A stretch of 64,000 nt of DNA. Origin: Oculina patagonica. Lineage: Eukaryota. Shown here one piece after another: positions 36,101-49,200 of the stretch (positions are counted from its first letter, which is position 1; each line of letters begins with the position of its first letter). The notes under the pieces were generated by a model that worked only from the letters and a program-made list of their open reading frames with translations, ran no database searches and was not told the DNA's origin. A program made the translations under genes and the position numbers. The stretch is from NCBI RefSeq assembly GCF_052425735.1, contig NC_135765.1, positions 8,928,001-8,992,000 on the forward strand. Direction: 5' to 3'.

Positions 36101-39100
36101 CTTCTAACGTTGTAAGTTTCTCGCGAAGAGTTGCTACCTCACTTCGCAAATTTCTGTTATCATCCTGAAATGGCACAATCAGGCCATGGAATGCAAGAAG
36201 ACAAGTTGTTGTCTCGTGTATTTTTTTTTCAAAACGTCCATTTAAAGTAGCTAGGATAGCATATTGTTTCTTACATTCACAAATGATAAAATCCTTATAA
36301 GCAAAGGCTTAATGTCATCAAGAAGTGCAAGAATAAGTTTGATTGTTTAGTGCATGAAATGCTACTAATCAGAGAATTGTCACCATCTCTAAATGTCCAA
36401 TCAGACTCAATCAGAGCCAAACTATTTGCGTGACATTGCATATTTTATTATGTTAATCTTAAGCGAACTTTTTCTGACAGTTTATTCTTTACATTTTTTG
36501 TGAACTTGATAATGAAAATGAAAAACAAAAAAATAAAAATTACCTCAAGTTGACCGATGAGCTGCAGATTACCACTGTAAAGGTCTGATAAATCCTTTAA
36601 AAAAACAACATAATTTAGGGTTAGTGTCTCTCAGCTAGTACGAATGGTCGCTTGTGTACTGTATTTCAAACAGAAACACCCCTATTATTTATTTAATTTA
36701 TTTATTTTCGAACTCAGTCAAGCACTGGGCAGCACGATTCAGTGTTAGGGGCACGGGCTTTCAGCAGCAAGAAATTATTTTTTCAAAAATCACAGCAGGA
36801 GACACGCAAGACGTATCCATTCAACGAAGCACACCATTTAACTCAGACAAATAGTCACGCAGTTGTGTGACAGGTTTTAAGCCCGCGCCCGCAAGCAATT
36901 TGCTCACTCAGCGGTAACTATTTCCTTGTTTCGTTTTTGCTTAGGGGACGGATAAAAAACTGAGCTGCATCGAAACATTTGTTGTATCAGAAAAACTGCA
37001 AACAAGCCAACGAGAAATGATGGCATTTGTCGAAGACAACTGGCAGACGAAGCGATCAACCATCAAAGAGAGAACCTCATTCATTTTCAACACGGAGATA
37101 CTGAGCGATGTGAAATTTGTTGTTCCAGTGTCGACTGGCGAAAGCGAAAGTAAGAAGGTGATCCCAGCTCACAAGTTTATGCTTGCCATAAGCAGTCCTG
37201 TGTTCTTTGCCATGTTTTATGGTCAAATGGCGGAGACTAAAGACTCTATTGAACTGCCTGACTGTGAGTACGAGAGTCTGTTGGAATTGTTTCGTTATTT
37301 GTACAGCGACGAAGTAAAGTTGAACGGAAGTAATGTGATGCAAGTGCTGTACTTGGCGAACAAGTATATGGTGCCGTCTCTTCGTATAAAATGTAACGAA
37401 TATCTTCGAGACAACTTGAAAACATCAAATGTGTTTTGCATTCTCCCGTTCGCTCAAAAATTTGAAGATAAAGATTTGGAGGATCGATGCTGGGAAGTGA
37501 TTGAGAAGCAGACAGAAGAAGCTGTGACGTCAGATGAATTTGTTACAGTTGAGCGATCACTAGTCGAGACAGTCGTGAAAAGAGAAAGGCTGAACGTGAA
37601 GGAAGTAGAGCTATTCAAAGCCGTTGATAGCTGGGTCACAAAAGAAAGTGAAAGGCAAGGGATAACTCCTGATGGCGTTGCAAAGAGACGAATTCTTGGT
37701 GAAGAAATCGTGAAAGCGATAAGGTTTCCATTGATGTCACAGAAGGAGTTTGCCTCAGTCGTAATTGATTCTGACATTCTTACTTCAAAAGAGGTTGGTG
37801 ACATGGTGAAACTTTTCAATGATGTTTTAACATCTCCACTGCCATTTGAACAAGCCCCAAGATTAGTAGCTCTAACTGTTAAACGGGTTCAAAGATTTGG
37901 AACCTTTAAACCGCCATCAGTCGACTGGGGATACGGTGGTTTTGATGATTATATAAATTTTTCTGTCAACAAGCCTATTATGTTACATGGAGTTCAGCAT
38001 TTTGGTTCTGAAGGTGGCAAGTACGTCGTTTCCACACAGATTACAGATGCTAGAGATAACTCATCTTTCGTGTTTCAATCAGGATCATACGCTTCAGAAA
38101 AGGACGAGACGTTTGGCTATTTCGGCTATGATGTACGGTTTGACCCTCCAGTTCGTTTGGAGAAAGATAAAGAGTACTTGTTATTGTCGTTTATTACCGG
38201 TCCTGTGTCATGGTATGGAGAAGATGGACAAACATCTGTTGAGTGTCAAGGAGTACGATTCACCTTCCGCACTTTTTACGGTAGAACCACTGAAACAAGA
38301 GGCCAGTTTCCTGCTTTTTTGCTAGCTTAAGTCCTCTTTTGTCAGTCTTAGCCCAGTCTACTGGTTGTACATATCGAGTTCTATCCTCATCAGTTCTAGT
38401 TAAGTTCCTTAGTACATTATTCTTGTTTTGTGGGTCTTCGTGTCTCCGAAAATAGGTCAACATTAATTACACTTCCGTGACCTGTTACATGTAAAAGCTT
38501 ATGTATGTTATACCGAAAGTGTATCGAATACCCGTTAAAGATGACTGGGATAATAAGAACTAGTGTATAGTAAAAGCATAAAGCATCTCAGTAGCATTTA
38601 GTGTATAGGAAACAATAAAAGAATGCATGCTAAATATATACTCTTCTTGGTTTTGACTACTTGCTTCTTAGTGTTCACGCTTGGATTTGACGCTGTACAC
38701 CCTCCCTCCGTATGGGATCTAGTTTATCCAGAAGGTGGACAATCAAAGCACAGACTCACCGTTAATTGTTCATTTAGAGCGGTGTCTCGTAAATGTCTGT
38801 TTTCAATTCGCAATGCCTCAAGTTGCGCGTTCGTTACCTGAAAAGATGAAAAGAATAATGAAATAAATCAATTTTAGCTCGTTTACAAACAACAAACCCA
38901 ACTGAACACGCAAAAGTACCCTAGCCTGCTATGCATGGCACAATCCTATCCTCGCCAGATTACACTCAACTGAAGAGCTCAGTTTGAGCCACTAGGGTAT
39001 AGTTATTCATAATCAACCCTGTTTTTCTTTCACTTACTCTTCTCGAGAGAGATTGCACAGATATACTAGTACCAGAACCAACACGCGCGCACTTCACGCG

Positions 39101-42100
39101 TGTATCCAGGCACGTACGCACGCGCACGCAGACACGTACATTTGCAAGGCTTACCTGAAGTTCGGCAGCTGCTCTGTCATGCTTTGCGTTTGCTTCACGA
39201 AGGTCTTTTTCCATGCGTTGAGTTCGCTCAGTGATGGATGCCATTGCAGCGTCCCTATTGTAAATGAAAGAAGGTCAAAGATCGAAAAAACTAAATAAAT
39301 AAACTTTGTCAAGAAAGACAAGAAAATAAAATAATAAAGTTAATCGGCAATAAGTGGAACTCTTCTAAGGGCTATGACTGCGGATCCCAAGGTAAACAAG
39401 CAAACAAACAAACAATGCACATCCAAATGCAAAATCACCTTTTATGAAGTTCAGCAGTCATGTTAGCAATCTGTTCCTTCATACCGTCCACCTCAGCCTG
39501 ATGCCCATCCTCTCCGGTTGAAATCCTCTCTTTAAGCTGTAGGTTCAAAGTATTATTAAAGTTTTAAAAAATAACCGACACTTCTTTAACTCTTTAATAC
39601 TAAGATTTTATCCGTCATCGATCGTCTCACCAAAAGAAATGACGCTTATACCATTTACGTCATCAACAACGACCTCATGGTTGTCCTCGAAGAAGAAAAT
39701 TATTGGCGTTCCGTTCTAACCAGAGAAGTAGGAGTACCTCTGAAGGAACGCCATAATGTTCTTCAAAGTTTCGAACCATTTCGAACACGTTCCCAGGGCC
39801 TCTACCGCCCGGTCCAAATTACCAAGGAAAAAACCCTGGGGGTACTAGGTTAGGTGGGTACTGGTGTGCACCCTAGCTCATGCTATTTGAGGAATCTCTG
39901 GACTAATCGTTATTTTAGAAAAGTGGAGTTTTCTAACCTTTGAATTTTCCAGCATCAGTTGTTTGAGGTCATTGTCTTCTATGAACTTCACTTCCTCCTG
40001 CTAAAAGTTCAAAAGTAAAGCATCACTTACAAACAAATATAATAAACAGTGTCAAAACCACTGCCTGGTCAGATAAAAAGGGCAAAATGCATGGGAAAAA
40101 ATGTCTTGTGCAAAACACATAAATTACAATAACTTACCTTTCTGCACAGCTCTGCCTGTAGCTTAGAGAGTTCATTTTTACTATTTTCCAGTCTGTTGAA
40201 AGGGAAAGAAATAGTGCAACGAAGTTTAGATTCATTTAGACAAGCACAAAGCAAGATTTCAGAGCTTTTGTAAATGATCTTACTTTTGATTCAGATGGTT
40301 CAGTTCATTCTTTTGATATTGACTGGTGTCTAGCTGCGACCTGCGTGAAAACGATATCTTTTAAAATACTGACAATGATTTTAAACTCGCTGATACGGGT
40401 AACGGTGTAAGAATTTGAACAGGAAAGGTAAAGGAACTACAAGCGTAGACAAAAGTAGTTGGAACGCTTACCTTTTGAAAAGCCGAAAGAAATGCAAATA
40501 CTTCACGCTTAAACAGATTAAACTGTCACATTCAATATTTTTAGAGGGCCCACTCCCCCTTTCAATGTTGAGCTATTCAAGGAATTTCTGTGCAATATAT
40601 TGGGGGGGGGGGGGGGGTCAATGTTTGAGATCGGGAGGGAGAGAAAAGGAAAAAAATTGGTAATCGTGACAACAATTTTGAGGAGGGTTATATGTTTTTT
40701 CTGATGTATAATAAAATTGCTTTCAAATTGAAGGAAACCTCAAAATAATAGTTTTCCAACGCAGAAAAACACCAAAGGAGTAAAAATAAATGGAAAATAA
40801 ACAAGGATGTTTAAGACGGAGGGAGATTATGTCGGATTACAAATGACAAACTTGAAAAAGTTGGGCAATTTTTTTAAGATACGCCGTCTGTGACGCTAGG
40901 TTGGTTTCCACTGACGTGTAATTTTAGGTGCGTTTACAGGTGTTTTTTTTTTAAAAAAGCGACTCACTGTATTTCCATTCGGCTCGTCCTGAGATCTTCT
41001 TTTAACCTCCTTACTTCAATATTTTCTGTTCGTCTACTAACGTCTTCCAATTGCCTGAAAATAAGCCAAAAAACGTTGATTATAACAAACAATGTTTTCC
41101 AATTTTATTTTCAAGTAAAAAAAAAAAAAAGAAATAGCCCTAAACAGAAAGTTTGACTGCGATTTCTTAGATGTTTTTCTCAAAAGCAGCCAGAAACATA
41201 GTCTCCTCCGCAGCCGTTGTTTGGGCTCGTCACGCAACGCTTCTCTCGAGGGAGCGTTGCGTGACGATCCAAGTAACGGCTGCGAAGAAGACTACCAGAA
41301 ACACTACTGACAAAACAAACAACAACAACAAAGACAAATTAAAGAGGCCTCGATTCTCTGTCGTACCTGATAACCTCGTCCTTCATTATCAAACTGTGTT
41401 CCAGTTTAGACATGTCTTCTGAATGCTGTCTTTGGTCATCTTCTGCTGCCTGCAGTCAACAGAAATAAGCTCGCTGTAGCATAGATGTTTTTTATCTACT
41501 GTCGCTCTTAAAAGCCTGTAGTTGAAGAATGTACAGGGCTCAAAAGACAAATGAGACGGCGCGAGGTACCATTCGATGGTGTCTTTTCATTCCGACATCT
41601 TTCTCTGCTTTTGCTACCTGAAGATACTTTACTTTGCTACTTTACGGTATACTGTATGTCGAAATTTCCAAAGACGATGAATGAACATTATATATATTTT
41701 GTATGCGGTACACTGCATGTGGTTTAGGAACGCAATTCTTGTGTTCACCCACTCAAGTCGGTTTTTGTCGAAGGTTATGCCAACTAGTCCCAAGTGCACG
41801 GGGATTCTTTTATTAAGAAAAACAACCAACCAAAGAAACAAACACGAGAAAGTAAAATAAATTAAAATACAATACCCTAATAAGATCGTCTCTGGCTTGA
41901 AGTTCTAGCTGCAGATGACCATTATCTTCCTCAAGACGCTGAAAAAAATAATGAAAAATAAGACCGACTTACTGTAAAGAGACATTTTGCTTTGCGTAAT
42001 ATTTTGCTAGGAAAAAGGACGGGTAGGCGAGGAAGGGGTAAAGGGGACATGACAAAGCACCCCCCTCTCCTTTGTCCAGTGCCCCCCCTTTCATCTCCCC

Positions 42101-43197
42101 CCCCCCCCAAATTTCTTCACGATTTCCCAGATTCCTGGCCTATGTATAGCAGTACCCACCTTCCCATTTTACCTCGGGGAGGTGGGTACGTCTATACGTA
42201 GGCTACCAGATCTCCATACCCTTACTTTGCCGAGATTTTTAATGTGTTTTAAAAGCAAGGTGGGTTGAGTTTGTTGTTGTTTCTCGTCGTTGCTGCGACG
42301 GTTTTCTTCGGGTTCTGCGGTTTTCCTTCCTCCACAAAAAACAACACTTCCAAATTTTAATTCGATTGGGAATCCGAGGGCGACAAGTTTGTAAGTTGCA
42401 ATACTATTATGTGCTACCCTCGTAAAATAAAGACAACTTTTTTTTACTTAAATTTGAATGTGTAAAATCTCCCACCCCCTTTCCTGGGCCACTCGTTCGC
42501 TCTGTTCAGATTTTCCTCAACCTCCAGATCAAATCATCACATACCTGTAGAGAAGACCGAGTCTTTCTGAGTTCATCTTGTAGCTTGGCAAAGTCAGTAG
42601 CTTGTTCTCTGTTGGATGCAAGAGCTTCCTCTAAAGAACTCTTCAACCTAACAAGCACATAACAATTGTTACCAATATCAACAGGGATGCCATGCAAAAC
42701 CTCTATGATTTGTGTTACAGAACCGTTGGTCTCCGAAGGAACATCGAAATTTTGCTGTACTATTAAACGCGATGGCCGTAATAATGAGCACAGATTTTTT
42801 TGCAATCATTGTGCTCGCCTTGTTTTGTAAGGAAAGACAATCTCCTCTGTCATATTGATTAAAAGAATAATAAAAAACCTCGGAAAATTCTCGATAAAGA
42901 AAAAACAAAGAGTTGTAAAAACGATAAGTAAAAGCTGATCAGAAGAATTGTTATCTTACTGTTGGACGGTGTCTTCAGTTCCATCACATTCATCCTTTGC
43001 ACGTCCAAGCTGAAATTATGCAAAATATGTTCAATCATTCGTCACATGAATCAGGTTAGGCCTGCGTAGATTTACAGAAATACTCTTGAAAGAGGACAGC
43101 AAAGGCAGATTATTTCATACATGCTTAGTCCCTTTTTCTACTGTTTTTTTTCCCTCTTTTCTTGTGGGAGGGGCCGCACGCGCGCGCGCGCGCGTGC

Positions 43198-43252
<55 letters not shown>

Positions 43253-46200
43253 AGGGGTGTATGGCATTACTTCAACGTGCTTAGGGATAGGATGAGTCGA
43301 TAGAAAAACGAATAAATTATGTAAAAAGGGTGAGTCAAAACGTACATGTATCGCGTGTACGGATGATTAGTTGAATAATTTTTAACCTTATTCAAAATTA
43401 AGAAAGCTTATGGTGAGTGGAATGTTGCACTGTAAGATGATTTTAGGACGAGCGAACGACCGAGCTAGCGCTGATTCAATAGGAAAAGAGAGAGGAGGGT
43501 TGGGGCGTTTCAGAGTGGAAAAACGGACAAGGGAGTGGGAGTTAGGCTGGAAGAAAGAGCCCCCATTCCCAAGCGCTCGCCCACCAAATACGCCTGCACT
43601 GCAGTTTGGGCGACCCGATCCATAGGGACAGGGTTTGTTACTGATTTGTCAAAAATGCAACTTTCACATACCTGAGAATGTAATGCTGCCATCTCCTGCT
43701 GATGATCACGTTCAAGGTCTTCCATCATCTGCCTCCTCTTGTTTAGCTGTGCTTGGTATCCTAGCAACTGTTGCTAAGAGATAAAATTTTCATGATACAT
43801 TAAAAGGGTGACAGAAAAAGTTGCTTTAAATTAGGGCACAGTCAAATGATTAGTACATCTGTACGTAATCATGTAAAGTATACCTGTTGCAGGTTAAAAT
43901 TGGTTTTTAGGCTAAATCCAATTCCGACCTATATTAATCTCTTTCAACCTGTAATCAAAGATAACAACTATTGGACTTCCTTCTTGTGAATTCAAGTTAT
44001 TTTAGGTCATTGTAAAAGTGTATCTTCTTGTTGAAGCAGATCAATTTTGGTCGGAAATGGATTTCACCTGAAAACCAATTTAATTTGCAACATACCCAAC
44101 TGTAGTGCATAAAATCACATGGCCAATAGCTATGTAATACCTGCATCAAATCACTCTTTTCAATTAATGCTTTCTTTTGACTCTCCAGCCCTCGGATGCG
44201 GTCATCCCGTGCTTTCCTTCCTCCTTCCCAATCCAACGTTTTGGCTTTATATTCCTATAGTACATGACAAAGAGGCATGAATCGAAACAAAGGTTTAGTG
44301 GAGAAACATTTTAATTCCCCTTACTGTTTCACAGTTGTTCCACATATTTCTTCCTCTTTCTTTGGAAGAATCAGTACAGTTTAAATCAAACCTTCAGAAA
44401 CTAAAGGAACAGACCTGAACATCTGCATTTAGAAGGTACAGCTTGGTAGAACTTTATTGATTATTAATGAAGATGAGTTTTCAACAATGTCACGAGCATG
44501 GGACAAAGAAAAATTCTGAGTCTCCGACGGGAATCGAACCCATGGCCTCCCAGGTGTTCCTTTTTGTGGATTCGAGGTTTGATTGTTTTACTTTTGCTTG
44601 AAACACTACAGATAGTGTACAGTAGGAATAAGGGTCCAGTGGACTAGAGGTACATTAAGGGAGGTACATTACAAGCCCTACCCAGAGATCTTTCTGTTTT
44701 GTTCTTAGGCAAGACACGCTACTCTTACCATGCTTCTCTTTAAACAGAAGTGTATGGGAACGAGAGAAACTGACAATAAAATCACTTCTTGCTACAGACA
44801 ATAGAGTTTTGCACAAGCACAAACTTTAAGTGGTGTTACACTAACATCTAAACTTGTAATCATTTTAGCCCTGAAAGTGGGCAGTCTCTAATTTCTGCGA
44901 TGTGAGATTAAAGGAACTGACTATTTAATGAATGTATCTCAAGGACATGGTGAAATGGACAGGGAGTTATGATGTTGGATCAATGTCGGGACCATGGCAG
45001 TACTTCATTCATACCTCTAATCTATCTTTCAGTTTATCCACTTCTGAATCTCTAGATTTTAGATCAGCCAAAAGCTAAAATAAAAAGAGAACAACATTGT
45101 TAATGCCACAAATAATTATTACACATTTATGTACATAACCACAACCAGATTTTCAAGCAAAACTGTGAGAAAAGGAAGCAGGACACTGCAACTTGAATCT
45201 ATGATTGGTTGATGGGTGGAGCCATAAACAAATTACCTTATTATAGGAAATTAACGCTTGTGTTTATTAAGGTATTTGAAATTAACGCGACTTAAATTAA
45301 CACGAATTGAAGGAAAAATTACTTCCCAATAAAGGAAATTAACGCGAAAGAGGGGGTAACATTTCAAAATTAAGGAAATTAACGCGACAAACACAAAGGA
45401 AAAAAAACTTGTTAAGACAACAGGAACAAGTTTACTTTAACACAAAGGAAACTGAGCGCCTCGAGCGTTTTTCACAGTTTTAGTGATCCGGCAGATTTCC
45501 ACGCTGATGAAATAATGTCTTTTCATAAGTGTCAAGACGTCTGGCGTGTATCGAGAAATTGGTTCCAAAATAATGGAAATTAAGGTCATGGAAATTAGCG
45601 CTCCACTTAATTAACGGCGCGGAAATTAACGTTAACAAAAATTAATGCGACTTAAATTAACACGAATTTTCGAAATTCGCGTTAATTTCATGAAGCGTTA
45701 ATTTCCTATAATAAGGTATGGCGTGCACAAGTTAATTAAATTATCCTAGAACTCCTTGTGCTGAAGTACATACACTGAGTCTTCACACAGTTTCTGGATT
45801 GGTGAACACTCAAATTACAGTGTACATAGTTCCATTTTAGTTTGAGCAACAGCAGTATTGAAAACATTTTCAGGTTCTTATTTCTCCAATGAGAGGCTTG
45901 TACACACACTTGCAAGTAGTTTTAAATATCACACAAGCACTCTGTTCTCAGAGAAGGAGCTTCACAAAAAAAAAAAACTCTCTAATCTTGCTGTCATTTG
46001 GGATCTTGGCAACCTACCTGGTCTCTCTCCTTTTCTATGTGTGCTGTTTGCTTGTTGCTCTTTTTCTGGAGTTTTTCATGTTCATATTTCAGATTGTCAA
46101 CCTAGAAAATAATTGTTATGCACAATTGCAACAGAGATCAGTAGAGCAAAGAAAACTTAAAATGAAGCGAAAACATCAAAGTAAAGCATGAATGATAATA

Positions 46201-49200
46201 AGCAATAAAAATCTCGATGATTTGGTAACTGCAGAATGCAATATGGAACAATTGAAAGTATGATGTTTTATATATGTTCATGTTTATTTGCTTTATTTTA
46301 CTTTCGGAAAAACTGTTCACAGGCTACTTGTATTCTTTCCCAGGTGTTCCTTACGCTAATCTTTGCAAACGTATCACGACACTTTTGTTCGTTTGTAACA
46401 AAATACTTTTGTCTTCCTTGAAAATGCGATAACATGAAACTTTTGTTTTTTGTTTTTTTTACGGCGGCATCGATGACATTTGTTTAATTTAATTAAGTTA
46501 CGGTTTAGACTGCACGAAAGACGATTCTCAAAAACTAAAGAAACAAATCTAATCAAAAAACATATTTTTCGACAGGTTTTTTAAAAAGCAGTACAGCTAG
46601 GATATTTGTTTCCTGGTTATCAGGTGTTCACGCCGAAAATCCCGGTGCAAGTTTTTGCATACCTAATTACGAAAGCGATGTGAAAGTCTCAAAATCTAAA
46701 TGATTTAATTAATTTGCGGTTTTTACTTGGCGCCAAGAAGTCTGCAGGAAGCCTACCGCAAACACGCAATACAAGCGATGTTCATGATAGTTCCAGAAAA
46801 CAACGTAGACTAATCTGCGCATGCGTTTGGTGTAAATTACGTTGAGTAGTACCACAAGGAGAGCAAAGGGTTTTCTGAAACAAATATATACGTTTGAGAT
46901 CTTCATATGAAAGTAACGTAGATGTGCTCCAGGTTTTACCTAGGGGTACGGTCAGGTGCTCCCCACCCCCACCCCCTTCACAAGAAATAATTAATTAATT
47001 GATATTAATTAATTAATTGACTATTAAAGTTTACACCATAGCGCTTTAGGGGTTTAGCGGACGACAGCCCCAACAAACCATCACAATAGTGCATTCTGCA
47101 CTAAAAACCATCACAATAGTGCATTCTGCACTAAAAAATGACGTTTGGATGTCATCTTGACATCTCAATAAGGATGTCAAGATGACATTTAAACATCGTT
47201 TTTAGCACTTATTTCCATTTTGAAATGTATTACAAATTGTTTGCTCATTAAAACATGAATGTCTGTATGCATCACCTCTTCCTTAAGATGCATCACATGC
47301 TCCTCATACTCTGTAACAATGTCTCTTTGGCTCATCTCCATCTCGTCCACTTTCTGTTGAAGACTGCCAACCTGTTGAAGGTCAGAAGTAATGTTGCATT
47401 ATGGTGATGTTTGTCACATCTTTAAAACCTTTCACCTCACAATATGCCTTATGCATGATAACGTCATAAAATTATGCCTAAAATTCATCACCAAGCTTCG
47501 TTCACGCGTATTATTCTCAAACCCGTCACCTTCATACAGTTTTCAAGTGGGTATTCTTTTCATCTTTGCTGCTTTGGGAATTCATTCAATCATGATGAAA
47601 TTTACAAGTTTGCACTTTGAAAGCAAGGCTTAGTGTTGAAACTAGCCTGACATAAACATGCATAAGGGCTATTTACACTGTACACTCTTCATTCACCACC
47701 ATTTTGAAAAGTCATTATGACATCTCATTACTTCGTTGAATTACAGTAGTTGGTCCTTCTTGCTGTCAATAGCCTGATTCTCGAATTGTCAGATGTCACA
47801 AAGGAGACAAGGGAGTGAGAGCAAGTGACCTCTGGACGTCTGAGAATCAGGTTATGGTTACAGTTGCCGAAGTGAGCACACTAGGCCATTGAGAAAGAAT
47901 CTCTGGCAAGTTTGATTGTGCCAATTTTATCAGTGGTCGATACTGTAGCATGCACAGTCAACCCATCCCTTTATGAACACCTCTATATTATGGACAGTTA
48001 CTTGGCCACAAGGTAACCAGACTTTATACACTCAGACACCTCCACCTAAAAAACCTAGACTAATGTGGATTAAACAACAGTGAAACCTTAAACCCTACAT
48101 GTATGTACATGTACTGTATATGTAATACTATGTACTTTGTTGAATCAAAATAATGTCTTAAGATCACCTCTTGAAAATTCCAACCCAGGAAACAACATCA
48201 AACAAGGTCCTTATTGAGATGTAACTCATTCTATATCAACATTTACACATACAATATTCTACAAATGAATGCAATTCTGTAGACTGAGTTTTCTTTTTCA
48301 AAAAGGTCACTAAAAACCTCATATTCAAGCCATTGAATATGAGGTTCTACACCTAATAAATTGCAATAACGTTGTCATAGAAAAAAGGAAAAAGAAAAAG
48401 GTAATTAGGAATTAATTAGCGTAGTTTTGTAATTGGTAGCATTTACAGAAAATTCATGAGTTTTTATCTGCACACTTTAAGTCCACTTTTTTATGCTGTA
48501 ACCATATTTAAATTGATTTATTCATATTTTAAGGCTTTTTGAGGCCATTTGTATGAATAAATTTCATGCATGCGCTTAATTAATTCCTATTTGACTTTTT
48601 CCTTTTCCTTTTTTCTATGACAACCTTATTGCAATTAGGTGTACCTATAAGGTAGTAATAAGTAGAATGTAATATTGTTAATTTTAGTACCATATTGTCT
48701 TTGAAAAGCCTCCATGGGGAAAGATAATAAAGGATGTATGTATGTATGTAAGTCATAAAAGAATTTTGGACCAATTTTGACCCTTGAATTCAAAGTTAAT
48801 GGACTGTATCCCTAACTAAAGGCAGTTTCATTAACACAATGTCCATTACATTGTATAGCTACAGTACGAACCTCCTGGCTCTTCTGTTCCAGTTGAACTC
48901 TGACAAATTCCAGTTCCTTGGTTTTCTTGTCCAGTTGTATCTGAACAGCATGTATGTGATTTTCCCATTCTGCTTTCTTGGCCGTCACCATCAGGTCAAT
49001 CTGCCGCATCAGCTGAAAACATTAAAAAATATGTTGTGTAACATTTATGTGATAATCACCTTGTACAGCAAAAATTGCATACCAGTAATTTTCAATTTCC
49101 TTTGATTTTTTTAAACAATCATTTGTTTCAAAATTTGTACAAACAATCATATTGATCAGTGATCAAAAGGATTTATTTATTATTATCTACTGTAGTTGTT

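Larger units (their letters stand above)
6680..40150. repeat. Tandem segmental triplication of a ~10-kb unit (CEP63 3' half plus nested BTB gene): unit A ~30197-40150, unit B ~10456-30196 (enlarged by insertions), unit C ~6680-10455 (internally deleted)
   Basis: Colinear homologous blocks: 9250-10450 ~ 28790-29930 ~ 38750-39700; 10456-11599 plus 20235-21400 ~ 30530-33390; 21900-26950 ~ 33950-38480; 6683-7180 ~ 30212-30540. The A/B junction falls inside CEP63 exon 15 (AACTTACCTTTCT(A/G)CACAG at ~30177 vs 40131). Confidence 0.9.

Noticed and set aside
40472-40522. Possible extra CEP63 exon (CAG..AAG|GTAAGC)
   Set aside because: It would keep phase, but the peptide is hydrophobic and not coiled-coil-like, and the gene reads well without it; RNA-seq is needed.
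44488-44555. tRNA gene
   Set aside because: Only a T-arm/B-box-like part is present, followed by a SINE-type tail.
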